Source of the DNA: an uncultured Muribaculaceae bacterium
GTDB taxonomy: Bacteria > Bacillota_I > Bacilli_A > RF39 > UBA660
Assembly: GCA_964430695.1 (NCBI GenBank)
Contig: CAYSFO010000005.1
Location: 1 to 51,172, forward strand
Length of the DNA: 51,172 nt
Direction: 5' to 3'
The notes beneath the pieces are model-generated. The model was not told the origin of the DNA, did not search any database, and saw only the letters and a program-made list of their open reading frames with translations. Below are positions 39,387 through 49,966 of the stretch, piece by piece. The first letter of the stretch is position 1. Every line of letters begins with the position of its first letter. The position numbers and the translations under genes were made by a program.

Positions 39387-41021
39387 ATGAAAAAGAAATT
39401 AAATTTATCAGAAATCAATATGGACTTTAAAAAATTTAGAAAAAAATTGTTTATGCTAGTGTTGAGTAGTTCTCTTTTATTAACTGGATGTGCAGGTGCT
39501 TCAGATGGAGAAGTAGATACAGCAAAAGAACAGGAAATGGACATTGACATTGATCAATTAGTGGAAGAAAAAGTAAATGAAAGACTCAATGACATATTAG
39601 AAGAAATTGAACAAGACCAAGAAGTAAAAGACGAAACGAGTTCAAAAGAAGAGGATACAGAAAATACTACCGATTTAGATGATTTGTATGATTATATTGA
39701 AGCAGATTTATCAAACTTTAAAGGAGATTCTATCAAAGCTTTATTAAAATCGATAAATCTTCCCTATGATTCTGACTTTAGAACCCAATTAGCTGTTTTG
39801 TACAGTGTTGTTGATAATGAAAAGGCTTATAAAAAAACAGCAGAACAAAATACTCTTTTAGTAAATGAAATTTTAGAGCAAGGTATAATTTTAGTTATTA
39901 ATAAAAACGATAAAACAATTGTAGGATGTAAAAATCCATATAAAGAAAAAATAATTTTTATTAACCCTAAAGCAATAAACAAAAACAATAAGCAAACTAC
40001 AAGTTCAACATTAGATTCTAATATAACTACAACAAATCCTCCAGTAGGAAATAAGCCTGCTCCTAATGGGAACCACAATGATAATTCTTCAGTAGAGAAC
40101 GATTCTCATAAGAAGGATGAAGGTGATACAAATCAACATGAACATATATTTTCAGTATATGTAAGTAGTACGTACAAAAGTGGAGACCAACATATAGCAA
40201 CATACAAATGTCCAAAGGATGGAGCAACGACAACAAAAACAGAAAAATGTAGCAAGAAAACAAAGAAGGAAAATGGATATACAATAATTTATTGTACAAA
40301 ATGTAAGTATGAATTTTCCAGGGTGCAAGATGAGCATGTAGATAATTTTGTAGGAACAGGAAGCTATCAATACAATGGAAATGGTACACATTCAGAAATT
40401 TTAGAATGTTCTTGTGGAAAAACAATCCTTTCCCCTTCTAATGAAATATGTACTAAAGATGAAGGAACACTAAGCGAAGATGGTACAAAGAAAATTTATA
40501 AATGTATTGTCTGTGAAGGTGTTTTAGGAGAAGATCTTGTTCATACTCATAGCGCGGATCATACAGAACAAGAAGGATGTACAATTTATAATGTCTGCTC
40601 TTGTGGAGAAAAATTAGGAATAGTTGAAACGAAACATACGAGTGCAGGCATAGTAAAATCTGCATATAATCAACAAGAATATGTAGATTCAGGAGATAAT
40701 GATATATGCTATACCTATACGGAAATTTGTTCTGTATGTGGTGAACTTATATCTTCAGGAGAAGAAAAACACAATTTTGGAAATGCAGTAATTCTTGAAG
40801 GAGATAGAAGATATGAAAAAGAAGAAACTTGCACAAAAGGATGTGGATCTAAAAAATACACTTCCAGATCTTCCGCTAGAAATACTTCTTTAAAAGCAGA
40901 TTACAGAGAATTATTAAAAAATTATAGTGAACTACTAAATTGTATAAAAAAGGAAGGATATGTAAATAGTGAATTTATCCCAGCTGACGGAATTACATTA
41001 CTTTTAAAACCAAAAGAATAA
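39387..41021 (+). CDS. Lipoprotein with a DUF3597-like domain and Cys/His-rich repeats
   Basis: Lipobox LLTG-C; SIKALLKSI...FRTQLA...Y..TAEQN.LL; 17 Cys in the C-terminal repeat region. ATG 39387 follows SD GAGGAGGGG. Confidence 0.7.
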   Translation: MKKKLNLSEINMDFKKFRKKLFMLVLSSSLLLTGCAGASDGEVDTAKEQEMDIDIDQLVEEKVNERLNDILEEIEQDQEVKDETSSKEEDTENTTDLDDLYDYIEADLSNFKGDSIKALLKSINLPYDSDFRTQLAVLYSVVDNEKAYKKTAEQNTLLVNEILEQGIILVINKNDKTIVGCKNPYKEKIIFINPKAINKNNKQTTSSTLDSNITTTNPPVGNKPAPNGNHNDNSSVENDSHKKDEGDTNQHEHIFSVYVSSTYKSGDQHIATYKCPKDGATTTKTEKCSKKTKKENGYTIIYCTKCKYEFSRVQDEHVDNFVGTGSYQYNGNGTHSEILECSCGKTILSPSNEICTKDEGTLSEDGTKKIYKCIVCEGVLGEDLVHTHSADHTEQEGCTIYNVCSCGEKLGIVETKHTSAGIVKSAYNQQEYVDSGDNDICYTYTEICSVCGELISSGEEKHNFGNAVILEGDRRYEKEETCTKGCGSKKYTSRSSARNTSLKADYRELLKNYSELLNCIKKEGYVNSEFIPADGITLLLKPKE

Positions 41022-41073
41022 ACGTCCCTGCGTTTAGGAGGATAAAAATAATAAAAAGAAAGCGGTGAAAGAA

Positions 41074-41877
41074 ATGAAAAAGGGTGACAAAAAATGGTAC
41101 AAATCTTATTCTAATTGGTTACTCTTAATTGCTTGTACTATACTAATTTTTATATTAGTAATAAATGTAAGTATTATGATGCAAGCCAAAAAAGATGAAG
41201 ATAAAGTACCCAGTGTGTTTGGCATAAAACCATTTATGGTTCTGTCAGGATCGATGGAAACAGAAATACGAATTGGAGACTTAATATTAACCCGAGTTGT
41301 GGACCCAAGTACTTTAAAAGCAGATGATATTATTGCTTTTAGAGATGCAGAAGGAACTGTTACTACACACCGAATTATCGATATAGTAGTGCAAGAAGGA
41401 GTTACTTATTTCATTACCAAAGGCGATAATAATAATTCCCAAGATAGAAACTTGGTTGAATATAAGGACGTAGAAGGGATATATATAGGTCGCATTCCAG
41501 GATTAGGTTCAATAATGAAAAGTGTATCAGAGCCAACTACAATTATGGTGATTGTTATAGGAATAACCATTATATTTGTAATTGGATTTATGATATCGAA
41601 TCGTAAACAACAAGAAAAAGATAGAGAAGAATTCTTGGAATACAAAAGAAAAAAAGAATTAGAAGAGCAAGAAAGAAAAAATAAAGAAGTTCAACCAAAA
41701 ATGGGGCCAATACTTAGAGGAATTCTAAGACCAACAGATATGCCATTACTAAAAAAAGAAAAAATAGAAGAACAAAAAGAATATGAAGAGTTTTTAGAAT
41801 TTAAAAAGATGAAAGAACAACAGAAAAATCAAAATTCTAAAGAGGAAGATGAAGCCATCGAAAAAGGCTTAAAATAG
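41074..41877 (+). CDS. sipW: Signal peptidase I, SipW/ER type (S26B)
   Basis: Ser-His type motifs VLSGSME, GDL, THRI, TKGDNN..D. Confidence 0.9.
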   Translation: MKKGDKKWYKSYSNWLLLIACTILIFILVINVSIMMQAKKDEDKVPSVFGIKPFMVLSGSMETEIRIGDLILTRVVDPSTLKADDIIAFRDAEGTVTTHRIIDIVVQEGVTYFITKGDNNNSQDRNLVEYKDVEGIYIGRIPGLGSIMKSVSEPTTIMVIVIGITIIFVIGFMISNRKQQEKDREEFLEYKRKKELEEQERKNKEVQPKMGPILRGILRPTDMPLLKKEKIEEQKEYEEFLEFKKMKEQQKNQNSKEEDEAIEKGLK

Positions 41878-41991
41878 TTGTAAACCGTCTTTAAGACGTT
41901 TACATAAATTTGGAAGTCTACATAACTTCCTAGAACATAGCCTAGTAGGTTATGTAAGATAAATAAAATTCAAAATGGGGGAGGTGAAACA

Positions 41992-42651
41992 ATGAACAAA
42001 AAATTTACTGTATTAATTGGCTTATTAATGGCTGTTGCCATTACAAGTTATTCTGTAAGCGGAACTTATGCTAAGTTTACGGAAGATTTCAATGCTTCAT
42101 CATCTGCTGATATCGCTATATGGGACATTCAATTTGTTGATGGAGAAGGAAATGCTTCTAAAGAATTTGTTTTTGATTTATTCAAAACAGTAAAAGATGA
42201 TGCAGGAACTTTAATCAATACCACACACTCATCTACTACAACTGAAGGTGAAGGCGATGCTGCTGTAACAACAACGACGGAAACAAATGTGATTGCTCCA
42301 GGTACTTCTGGTTCATTTACAATTAAAATTAAGAATAATTCAGATGTAAAAGCGAAAGTAGATAACATTACACTTTCAGATGATAGTGGAGATATTAATA
42401 TCCAATATAGCTTAGGTGACGGGAATTGGGCATCTGATTTAAGTGAATTAGATATGAGTGCTTATAAAACGGTAATGAATACAAATGGTGCAACAGTAGA
42501 AATTCCAGTTTACTGGAAATGGGCTTATGAAACAGGAGAAACTGCTGATGCAATTAAAACAAATGATGCAAAAGATACCAGTGTTGCTGGTACATCTATT
42601 AAAGTTGATGCAACAATTACTGTTATTCAAGCAAAAACGACTACTGATTAA
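41992..42651 (+). CDS. TasA/camelysin-like SipW substrate, probable major fibre subunit
   Basis: Signal ends GTYA-KF; IAPGTSG...I.N.S and YWKW...D..DT; strong SD GGGGGAGGTGA; flanked by hairpins. Confidence 0.7.
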   Translation: MNKKFTVLIGLLMAVAITSYSVSGTYAKFTEDFNASSSADIAIWDIQFVDGEGNASKEFVFDLFKTVKDDAGTLINTTHSSTTTEGEGDAAVTTTTETNVIAPGTSGSFTIKIKNNSDVKAKVDNITLSDDSGDINIQYSLGDGNWASDLSELDMSAYKTVMNTNGATVEIPVYWKWAYETGETADAIKTNDAKDTSVAGTSIKVDATITVIQAKTTTD

Positions 42652-42746
42652 GCAACGAAAATGGAAGTTATTTAACTTCCAAATAAGCTTATGAATATTC
42701 ATAGGTTTATTTAGAACTTAAATAATAGAAAGAAAGGAGTACTGAT

Positions 42747-45700
42747 ATGAAAAATATAAAAAGTAAAAATGAATCTAATGAAGAAAAAGAGAAAAAGAAA
42801 ATCATTTTATATATAATGATTATTATTATCATGCTTCTTTTATTAATTACGAGTTGTACTTCTGGTTTACTTGGTAAAATTGGTGATTTATTTCGAAATG
42901 AAGGAAATTATACCATTGATAATGATACAAATGATAAAGAAGAAATAGTAAACCAAGATTTGAAGTTTGATAGTGACCAATTTGAAATGTCTATTACGGA
43001 TGCAAATTTAAAAATAAGTTTTTCTTATGAAAATATAAATCCAAGTACCTTTACTTGTACAACAAGCGATGCCAATATTGCTACTTGTTATGTGCAAGAT
43101 GGCTATGTAATTGTGAATCCTAAAGCAATAGGAGAAGTATCTATTTATTTACAAACAATTACGAATGGAAAAATATATAAAGCAAGTGCCAAAGTGACAA
43201 TTCTAGAAGGAAAAAGAAAAATAGAATTATCAACTTCTTCTGGAACGATTTATTTAGAAAGCAGTAGAACAAAGTACATATCATTTCATTTAGTGGGTCT
43301 TACAGGAGATGTTACAGCTACATCTAGCGATGAAAAAATAGCTACAGCAACGATTGAAAATGGTGTATTAAAAATAACAGCTTTAAAAAAGGGTAATGCG
43401 ACGATATCTTTAACTTTATTATATAATCATCAGACCTATACTGCTGATTATAAATTAACCGTTTTGGAAGGCAAAAATCCAAATGCTATTTCGAATGTAA
43501 ATAATACTGGATCTTCAAATATTGAAAATACAAATAACTCAATTCAATCGAATGATAGCACATTACATCTTTTGAAGTCGAATAGAGGAACTTTTTCTCA
43601 AATAGGGAATAGTTATTATCTTGGTGTAGGAGGATTTACATATAGTATAAATTTAACACCTACTCTTTCTAATGCAAAAGCAAATATGTCTTGTACTTAT
43701 AAAAGAGCAGATAAAGAAAATTATGAAGCGATTAATTGTTTCCAAAAATTAAAATTAAAAACAGGAGACAATAAGGTAATTATTACAGTAGTATCCGAAG
43801 ATAAAACAAGCACAAGTACTTATACCGTTACAATAAATAAAGCTTATTCTAGTAAAAATTATTTAAAAGATATTTCTATAAATGGAAAAACAATTTCTGG
43901 TTTTAACAAACAAATAACTACTTACGAAGTAGAAGTGGATAATTCAACGAGTGTAATCGACTTTTCTGTAACTCCTTGGAGTAAAAAATCTCATATTACT
44001 TATACTTATAATGGTGTAACAATAAGTGATGTAAGCAAATTAACCTTATTAGAAGGTCCAAACATTTTAAAGATTCATGTTACAGATGTGAAAGGGAATA
44101 CAAGAGCTTACCAAGTGATTGTAAATCGAAAGAAAACGGATAACAATACATCTGATAGTTATCTTAAAGATTTGCTATTAAAAACCACAACCATAACAAA
44201 TGTCGAGAATATCTTAGATTTTGGGTTTGATTCACATACATATGAATATAATCTGAGCGTAGCTTACGAAATTGAAAAAATTAGTTTAACTGCTACTCCA
44301 AGTGATAATAAGAATACAAGTATTTTATATACCTATACTTCTAATGGAACTACGCATACAAGTACAGAAAATTCTTTAAATAATCTAGTTTTAGACTGTG
44401 GACTGAATGAAATCGTAATCACGGTTACAAATAATGGTAGTACAACAAATTATAAAGTGAATATAAATAGGGAATCTCCTAGTAAAGGCAACATTTTAAC
44501 AAATCTAACGATAGATGGATTTGAATTAGATCCAGCATTTGCTAGTGATACTTTAAACTATAAAGTAACTGTTCCAGAAAATACCACAAATATAACTGTA
44601 AAAGGAACCTCACCTCTTGGTACAACAATTACTTATAATGGTAGTGAAAATGGAACAATAACATTAAAGGATGGAAATAATCAAGTAATTGTTAAAGTAA
44701 CGGATGCTTATGGTTTTACAAGAGAATATGTAATTGATATTTTTAAAGAAGCCAAACATTTATCAAGTGATACCTCAATTCAGTCTATCTTAGTTAGTGT
44801 CCCAAATGAAACATCTCCACGTGTTATTACAACTACGAAAAAAACAACTGTTGCATCTGACATTGAAGAAGTTACATTAGTAGTCACACCAACAGATTAT
44901 GAAAATGCTAAAGTGACATACAACGGATTAGAAAGTGGAGTTATTTCTTTAAATCCAGGAAACAATATTGTAACAGTAGTTGTAAAAGCACAAGACAATA
45001 CAGAAGAAAGTTATAAAGTTACAATCTATAGAGAAGAAAAAACACCAATTAAACCTGAAGAACCAAAAAAAGAGATAGAAATTGTTTCTTCAGTAACGGA
45101 ATGTTATATCGAAAAAGGATGCAGTATTCAATTTAAAGTAGTTGAAACGCTAAATGGTATTACCAATGTAATTACGAACGACGTTTTTGATGATATAGTA
45201 GTAAACCTAGATGCAAACATCGATTATAAATTGATACTTGACGAAGATACGGGAATTGTAGAATTACAACTTATACCAAAATCTTTAACGGCTTTAGGAC
45301 CTGTAACAGTAGAATTTGGTATTCCAAGTGCTTTAGCTAGCCAAACAATTCATTTTAAAATTTCTGAAGAGTATACTTTATATACGAAACAAGACAGCTA
45401 TACAATGAGCGTTACTCCAGATAGTACAGGAGAAAATAGTGGAACAAAAGATATTATATTATATACTAATTTGTTTAATGGAAACGTGGCATGGAAATAT
45501 GAAAATAAAATATTAACAATATATGATGTGGATAATCCACTGACTAGAGTTGAAGTGAGAGTAGAGGATCCAAAAAATTTAATTAGTAAGGTTGAATATA
45601 AAGATTCGGAAATGGGTCCAACAAGTTTAGCTATAGCAATTACAGCCACAAATGGAGGAAATGCACAATTAAAAGTGAATGGCTATGTAAAAGGAATTGA

Positions 45701-46604
45701 TATAAATAAAGAATTCACTATTGATTTAATCATAACCCAAGAATACATTGTTCACTTAATTGCAAACGGTGGATACTTTGATATCTACAATAAAGAAGCT
45801 GAATATAGTTTTAAAAAGAAATCAGGAGAAATCATTGATTTAGCAAAATATATTCCATTTAAAAGTGCTGATGATGCAAATTGTAACTATTTTGAATTCT
45901 TAGGATATAGTGAAAATCCATCAGATCAAAGTGCGTCGTATACAAAAGAATTTACCGTGACTGGAAATACAAATTTATATGCGATATATGATAGTATTTC
46001 CAAACCAACACCAGAGGACATGGTATTTAAAACGATTTGGGTAGATCCAAATATATTTGAAAATAAAGAGGCAAAAGAATTATATGGTAAAAATAATTTA
46101 ATTTATCCTGGGGCACACGGCTATTATTTACTTAATTTTGAAAATACAACAGAAAATGATATTAATATTGTCGGTTTCACTTTAGCAGAAAATACCGTTT
46201 GTGTAGAAAAAGGTTGTCTAAATATGGGATATATTATTAAGTACTCTCCTAAAAACGATAATAATTATACGTATTATCTTGTGAAAGATCAAAATAATAT
46301 AGAACCATTAGATAATTATAGATATAAACCTCAAAATTATAGAATTTTAAATGGCGGAAATATAAATACTAGAAATACTTTAGAAATTGAATTTGCCAAA
46401 AAAGGTTTAGAGAATATATTGATTGAAAAAGGAAACACTGTGACCATATCTCTATTCTGGGAATGGATAGATAGTGATATAGATACTGCTATAGGAAAGA
46501 AAGCTGCAACATCAAACGAAGAAGAAATTTATAATATTTATAGTTTGAGTTTAGGTATTAATTTTAAAAACGCAAATAGTTGCAGTACCAATAATAATGA
46601 ATAA
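42747..46604 (+). CDS. Giant surface lipoprotein with Ig-like and cadherin-like beta-sandwich repeats and a C-terminal TasA-like domain
   Basis: Lipobox-like LITS-C; TSD..IAT (Ig-like) twice; about five 'L..G.N...I.V.......Y.V.I.R' units; InlB-B-repeat-like F.GY..N...LYAIY; C-terminal IYPGAHG...FWEW...DT. Confidence 0.75.
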   Translation: MKNIKSKNESNEEKEKKKIILYIMIIIIMLLLLITSCTSGLLGKIGDLFRNEGNYTIDNDTNDKEEIVNQDLKFDSDQFEMSITDANLKISFSYENINPSTFTCTTSDANIATCYVQDGYVIVNPKAIGEVSIYLQTITNGKIYKASAKVTILEGKRKIELSTSSGTIYLESSRTKYISFHLVGLTGDVTATSSDEKIATATIENGVLKITALKKGNATISLTLLYNHQTYTADYKLTVLEGKNPNAISNVNNTGSSNIENTNNSIQSNDSTLHLLKSNRGTFSQIGNSYYLGVGGFTYSINLTPTLSNAKANMSCTYKRADKENYEAINCFQKLKLKTGDNKVIITVVSEDKTSTSTYTVTINKAYSSKNYLKDISINGKTISGFNKQITTYEVEVDNSTSVIDFSVTPWSKKSHITYTYNGVTISDVSKLTLLEGPNILKIHVTDVKGNTRAYQVIVNRKKTDNNTSDSYLKDLLLKTTTITNVENILDFGFDSHTYEYNLSVAYEIEKISLTATPSDNKNTSILYTYTSNGTTHTSTENSLNNLVLDCGLNEIVITVTNNGSTTNYKVNINRESPSKGNILTNLTIDGFELDPAFASDTLNYKVTVPENTTNITVKGTSPLGTTITYNGSENGTITLKDGNNQVIVKVTDAYGFTREYVIDIFKEAKHLSSDTSIQSILVSVPNETSPRVITTTKKTTVASDIEEVTLVVTPTDYENAKVTYNGLESGVISLNPGNNIVTVVVKAQDNTEESYKVTIYREEKTPIKPEEPKKEIEIVSSVTECYIEKGCSIQFKVVETLNGITNVITNDVFDDIVVNLDANIDYKLILDEDTGIVELQLIPKSLTALGPVTVEFGIPSALASQTIHFKISEEYTLYTKQDSYTMSVTPDSTGENSGTKDIILYTNLFNGNVAWKYENKILTIYDVDNPLTRVEVRVEDPKNLISKVEYKDSEMGPTSLAIAITATNGGNAQLKVNGYVKGIDINKEFTIDLIITQEYIVHLIANGGYFDIYNKEAEYSFKKKSGEIIDLAKYIPFKSADDANCNYFEFLGYSENPSDQSASYTKEFTVTGNTNLYAIYDSISKPTPEDMVFKTIWVDPNIFENKEAKELYGKNNLIYPGAHGYYLLNFENTTENDINIVGFTLAENTVCVEKGCLNMGYIIKYSPKNDNNYTYYLVKDQNNIEPLDNYRYKPQNYRILNGGNINTRNTLEIEFAKKGLENILIEKGNTVTISLFWEWIDSDIDTAIGKKAATSNEEEIYNIYSLSLGINFKNANSCSTNNNE

Positions 46605-46615
46605 GAGGGGTTAAA

Positions 46616-47191
46616 ATGAAAATCATAAAACGATTAGCAATAGCAATTATATCTTTATTATTAGTTTTATTACTAGTATTCAATGTTTATAATTATTTTT
46701 GTATCAGAATTTTAGGGAATGACTTAGCAACTGTGAATGGATATGGAGTTTTAGAAGTTATTTCTGGTTCCATGGAACCAACTATCCACATAGGAGATTT
46801 AATTGTCATTGATACAAAACAAGAAAGTTATCAAGCGGGAGATATTATTACATTTTATGATGTAGATGGCTCATTTGTCACCCATAGAATCATTTCTATA
46901 AATGAAGAAACGATGATTACAAAAGGAGACAACAACAATACAAGTGATGAACCAATCAGCGTAGATAAAATTGTTGGTAAATATGTGGTAAAAATAAATG
47001 GCTTTGGCAAATTTATCACAGTTTTAAAAAAACCCTTTGTTATGGGAATGATTTTGGTAATTGGGATTATGGTTTGCTGTTTAGTGAGTATAGATAAAAA
47101 TAAAAATCAAATTTTAACAGAAGATGAAAAAGAATTTTTGAAATTCAAAGAAGAAAAAGAAGCAAATGCTAAAAAAGAAAAGGTGGAGTAA
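46616..47191 (+). CDS. sipW: Second SipW-type signal peptidase
   Basis: VISGSMEP, GDL, VTHRI, TKGDNN..D. Confidence 0.9.
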   Translation: MKIIKRLAIAIISLLLVLLLVFNVYNYFCIRILGNDLATVNGYGVLEVISGSMEPTIHIGDLIVIDTKQESYQAGDIITFYDVDGSFVTHRIISINEETMITKGDNNNTSDEPISVDKIVGKYVVKINGFGKFITVLKKPFVMGMILVIGIMVCCLVSIDKNKNQILTEDEKEFLKFKEEKEANAKKEKVE

Positions 47192-47194
47192 AAA

Positions 47195-47770
47195 ATGAAA
47201 GGATTATTACAGAGTAAGAGATTTCGAAAAAATTTAGGAAAATGGTTATTCATGTATGCAGGAGTTATGTTACTTCTTACTACTGTAGTAACCTATTCCA
47301 AATATATGACGGGTTTGCAAAGTAGTAGCCAAACTTCTGCCGCAAGATTTGAACTTGCTATTAATTGTACGAGTAGCAACGGAAAAGAATGTGAGAAAGA
47401 CATAGAGGCTTATGAAGTCACAAAGGAAGGCTTAGAATTTACTTATGTCTTTACCGTAGATGCAAGTAATATGGATGTAAAATCAAAATTGAAGCTCTTT
47501 ACTTTTGTTGATGAGTCATTTAGCGTAGAGAATATTTCAAGGGAATACAAGGAGTGTGTGGAGACAGATACCACGCAATGTCCAAAAAATTTAGATAGCA
47601 CAACGTATATTTTAGAGCCAATAGAATTACCAGGAGGATTAGAAGAGCCAACTTTTGAAATAAAAGTAAAATATACAGGATCATTAGATGATTTATCAGA
47701 AGAAGTGGACAATCCTACAGTTAAAGATGTTGTTGTTGTTGTGGGATATGCTATTGAACAAATAAGATAA
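47195..47770 (+). CDS. SipW-substrate-like protein, possible minor subunit
   Basis: Hydrophobic stretch followed by TYS-KY...SAARF, parallel to TYA-KF...ADIAIW in the 41992 protein. Confidence 0.6.
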   Translation: MKGLLQSKRFRKNLGKWLFMYAGVMLLLTTVVTYSKYMTGLQSSSQTSAARFELAINCTSSNGKECEKDIEAYEVTKEGLEFTYVFTVDASNMDVKSKLKLFTFVDESFSVENISREYKECVETDTTQCPKNLDSTTYILEPIELPGGLEEPTFEIKVKYTGSLDDLSEEVDNPTVKDVVVVVGYAIEQIR

Positions 47771-47809
47771 AATATATATTTTAGATAAACATAACGGAGG
47801 GGGATTCTT

Positions 47810-49828
47810 ATGTTGAGTGTCGAAAAAATAAAATATAATAAAAAGGTTTACAAAGTAATTATTTATACAATATTGGTGTTAAACATAATCAGTTTTGGAG
47901 TTTTTCCTAAGTCGCAATCAAAGTTTAAAGATGAAAAACTAAATGCCTATGTTTATTCAGCTTCACTTTATGCTCTAAAGAATTGGGAAGTGGAAGAAAA
48001 GACAGACACAGTAGAAATTACTTCTATAAAACTTATAGAAGATGATTCTCAGTATATTTCTGATATGAAGAATGCATTTTTTGAATACTCTATACAATCA
48101 GAAGAATATACACTTCATTATGAAGAAATAAATAAAACGATTCAATTTAAATGGGAAACTGTAAATCCTATTAATAATCAGATTTATGGAGAAGGTACAT
48201 GTAATGTAATTCACTATCAAAAATCGAAAGATAATAAAGGGATTGTATTATGTAAAACACTCCAAGATGATAAGGATTATTTTGGAAAATATGGTATAAA
48301 GCTTACTATAACTGCACAAGATTCTGATGAAAAATTGGATTATAATGAATATAAAAAAATAATTACCAATTTAACCATCGAAGGAGAGAAATCTTATGGA
48401 GCTGGTGAATATCAAAGTATTGTAAATAATTCGAAAGATTACACAAAACTAATAATATTTAATCCTTATGATTGTAATACATTTAATCAATGGTTGATTG
48501 ATTATGATTTAGAATATTATGCTCCAAGAGCATTTGAATCCTATAAAAATGATTTAAAAGAAAATGTTGGAACAGCCTCTATTTTTGATTTTAGAACCGA
48601 AATTGAGAAGTATATTTCTAAGCATGTAGATAGTTCAAGTTGTAATTTAATGAATTTAAACATTCCAGGAATAAGTTATGAAGAAATTGCTTATGAGGTG
48701 GAAGGATCCTCTTCAACAATCTTGCGTTATGTTTATACAATAGAAGATAATTTTATTGGATATGCAAGAACATATACACAAGAAGATACAACTGTGAAAA
48801 AAATGTATTTTACTACGAAAGATGGTAGAAGTTTTACAAAGGAAAATGACAATAAATGGCAAGATATATTTGAAGAATATTTAGATTATTTTGTTACATT
48901 AGGTTATTATTCAGCAGCTGATGCCTCAGAAATAGTAGACTATTTAAACAACAAAAATGCAGATGGTATCTTACATATATTAAAACAAACGGGAGTTAGC
49001 GATATCAAAGGGATAGAACACCTTTTTCAAACAGGCGAAGTTATACTAAATACTTCTATAATTGATGATTATATATATAATTTGAATCATAAAGAAGAAG
49101 GAAAATTAAGAGTAAGTATTTTAGGAACTAATATTCAATCAAAAACAAATATGTATCAAATATTCAAAGAAAATTTAGATACTTTGTACGGAGAGAAATA
49201 TGCATCTGAAACATTAGAATCCTTATGGAGTTTAGCAAAAGATAATGTAAATCTTGCTAAAGGCGATGAAATATATGATGCAATTATTAGTTCATCTTTA
49301 GATGAAAACGGAGTATATATTGATAACATTACTGGTTTAGGTACAGATACAGGTAAGACATTTACTGCACATATTTATAGTGATGGAACGTATAACTGGT
49401 TTGAAATATTGCCAGCGGGCACTCGTATGGATGAAAATACAACAACATATACACTAAAACCTAGTAATTTTGCTGCATCCTTAACCCAATCAGATTACAT
49501 ATTATCGCAAATACAAATGTTAGATGCTTATTACAATATAGATGAACGTACCGAAATTAACAATGATATTACATACTTATTTGATGAAAATGAAGAATTA
49601 GTAGGATATATTCAAGTAGAATTAGACTACGATAGTGAGAGTGTCGTTAAAAAAGTTAATTATACGGCTTACATTGGAGAGTTTGATACAGAAGTAATAA
49701 AATCTCAAACCGATACGGAAAAGAGTAGTAACGCTACGAACCAAGAACTTCAGAAAGGATACACGCCGCAAAATATTCCTCTAAAAAAAGAGAGTACTTT
49801 GTTAAAACAAAATAACATACAAAAATAA
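47810..49828 (+). CDS. Large exported protein, possible SipW substrate (tip or adhesin)
   Basis: N-terminal hydrophobic stretch followed by SQS-KF; last gene of the sipW cluster. Confidence 0.55.
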   Translation: MLSVEKIKYNKKVYKVIIYTILVLNIISFGVFPKSQSKFKDEKLNAYVYSASLYALKNWEVEEKTDTVEITSIKLIEDDSQYISDMKNAFFEYSIQSEEYTLHYEEINKTIQFKWETVNPINNQIYGEGTCNVIHYQKSKDNKGIVLCKTLQDDKDYFGKYGIKLTITAQDSDEKLDYNEYKKIITNLTIEGEKSYGAGEYQSIVNNSKDYTKLIIFNPYDCNTFNQWLIDYDLEYYAPRAFESYKNDLKENVGTASIFDFRTEIEKYISKHVDSSSCNLMNLNIPGISYEEIAYEVEGSSSTILRYVYTIEDNFIGYARTYTQEDTTVKKMYFTTKDGRSFTKENDNKWQDIFEEYLDYFVTLGYYSAADASEIVDYLNNKNADGILHILKQTGVSDIKGIEHLFQTGEVILNTSIIDDYIYNLNHKEEGKLRVSILGTNIQSKTNMYQIFKENLDTLYGEKYASETLESLWSLAKDNVNLAKGDEIYDAIISSSLDENGVYIDNITGLGTDTGKTFTAHIYSDGTYNWFEILPAGTRMDENTTTYTLKPSNFAASLTQSDYILSQIQMLDAYYNIDERTEINNDITYLFDENEELVGYIQVELDYDSESVVKKVNYTAYIGEFDTEVIKSQTDTEKSSNATNQELQKGYTPQNIPLKKESTLLKQNNIQK

Positions 49829-49966
49829 TACAAATAATTAAAAAGAATGAGACTAGCTTTAAAAATAATAATTTAAAATTTTTAATAGATAGAGAATCTC
49901 ACTCTTTTTATATGCCGTTTTATAAAAAAATCATTCATTTCTGGTTTAAAAATGTCATACTTTTTC

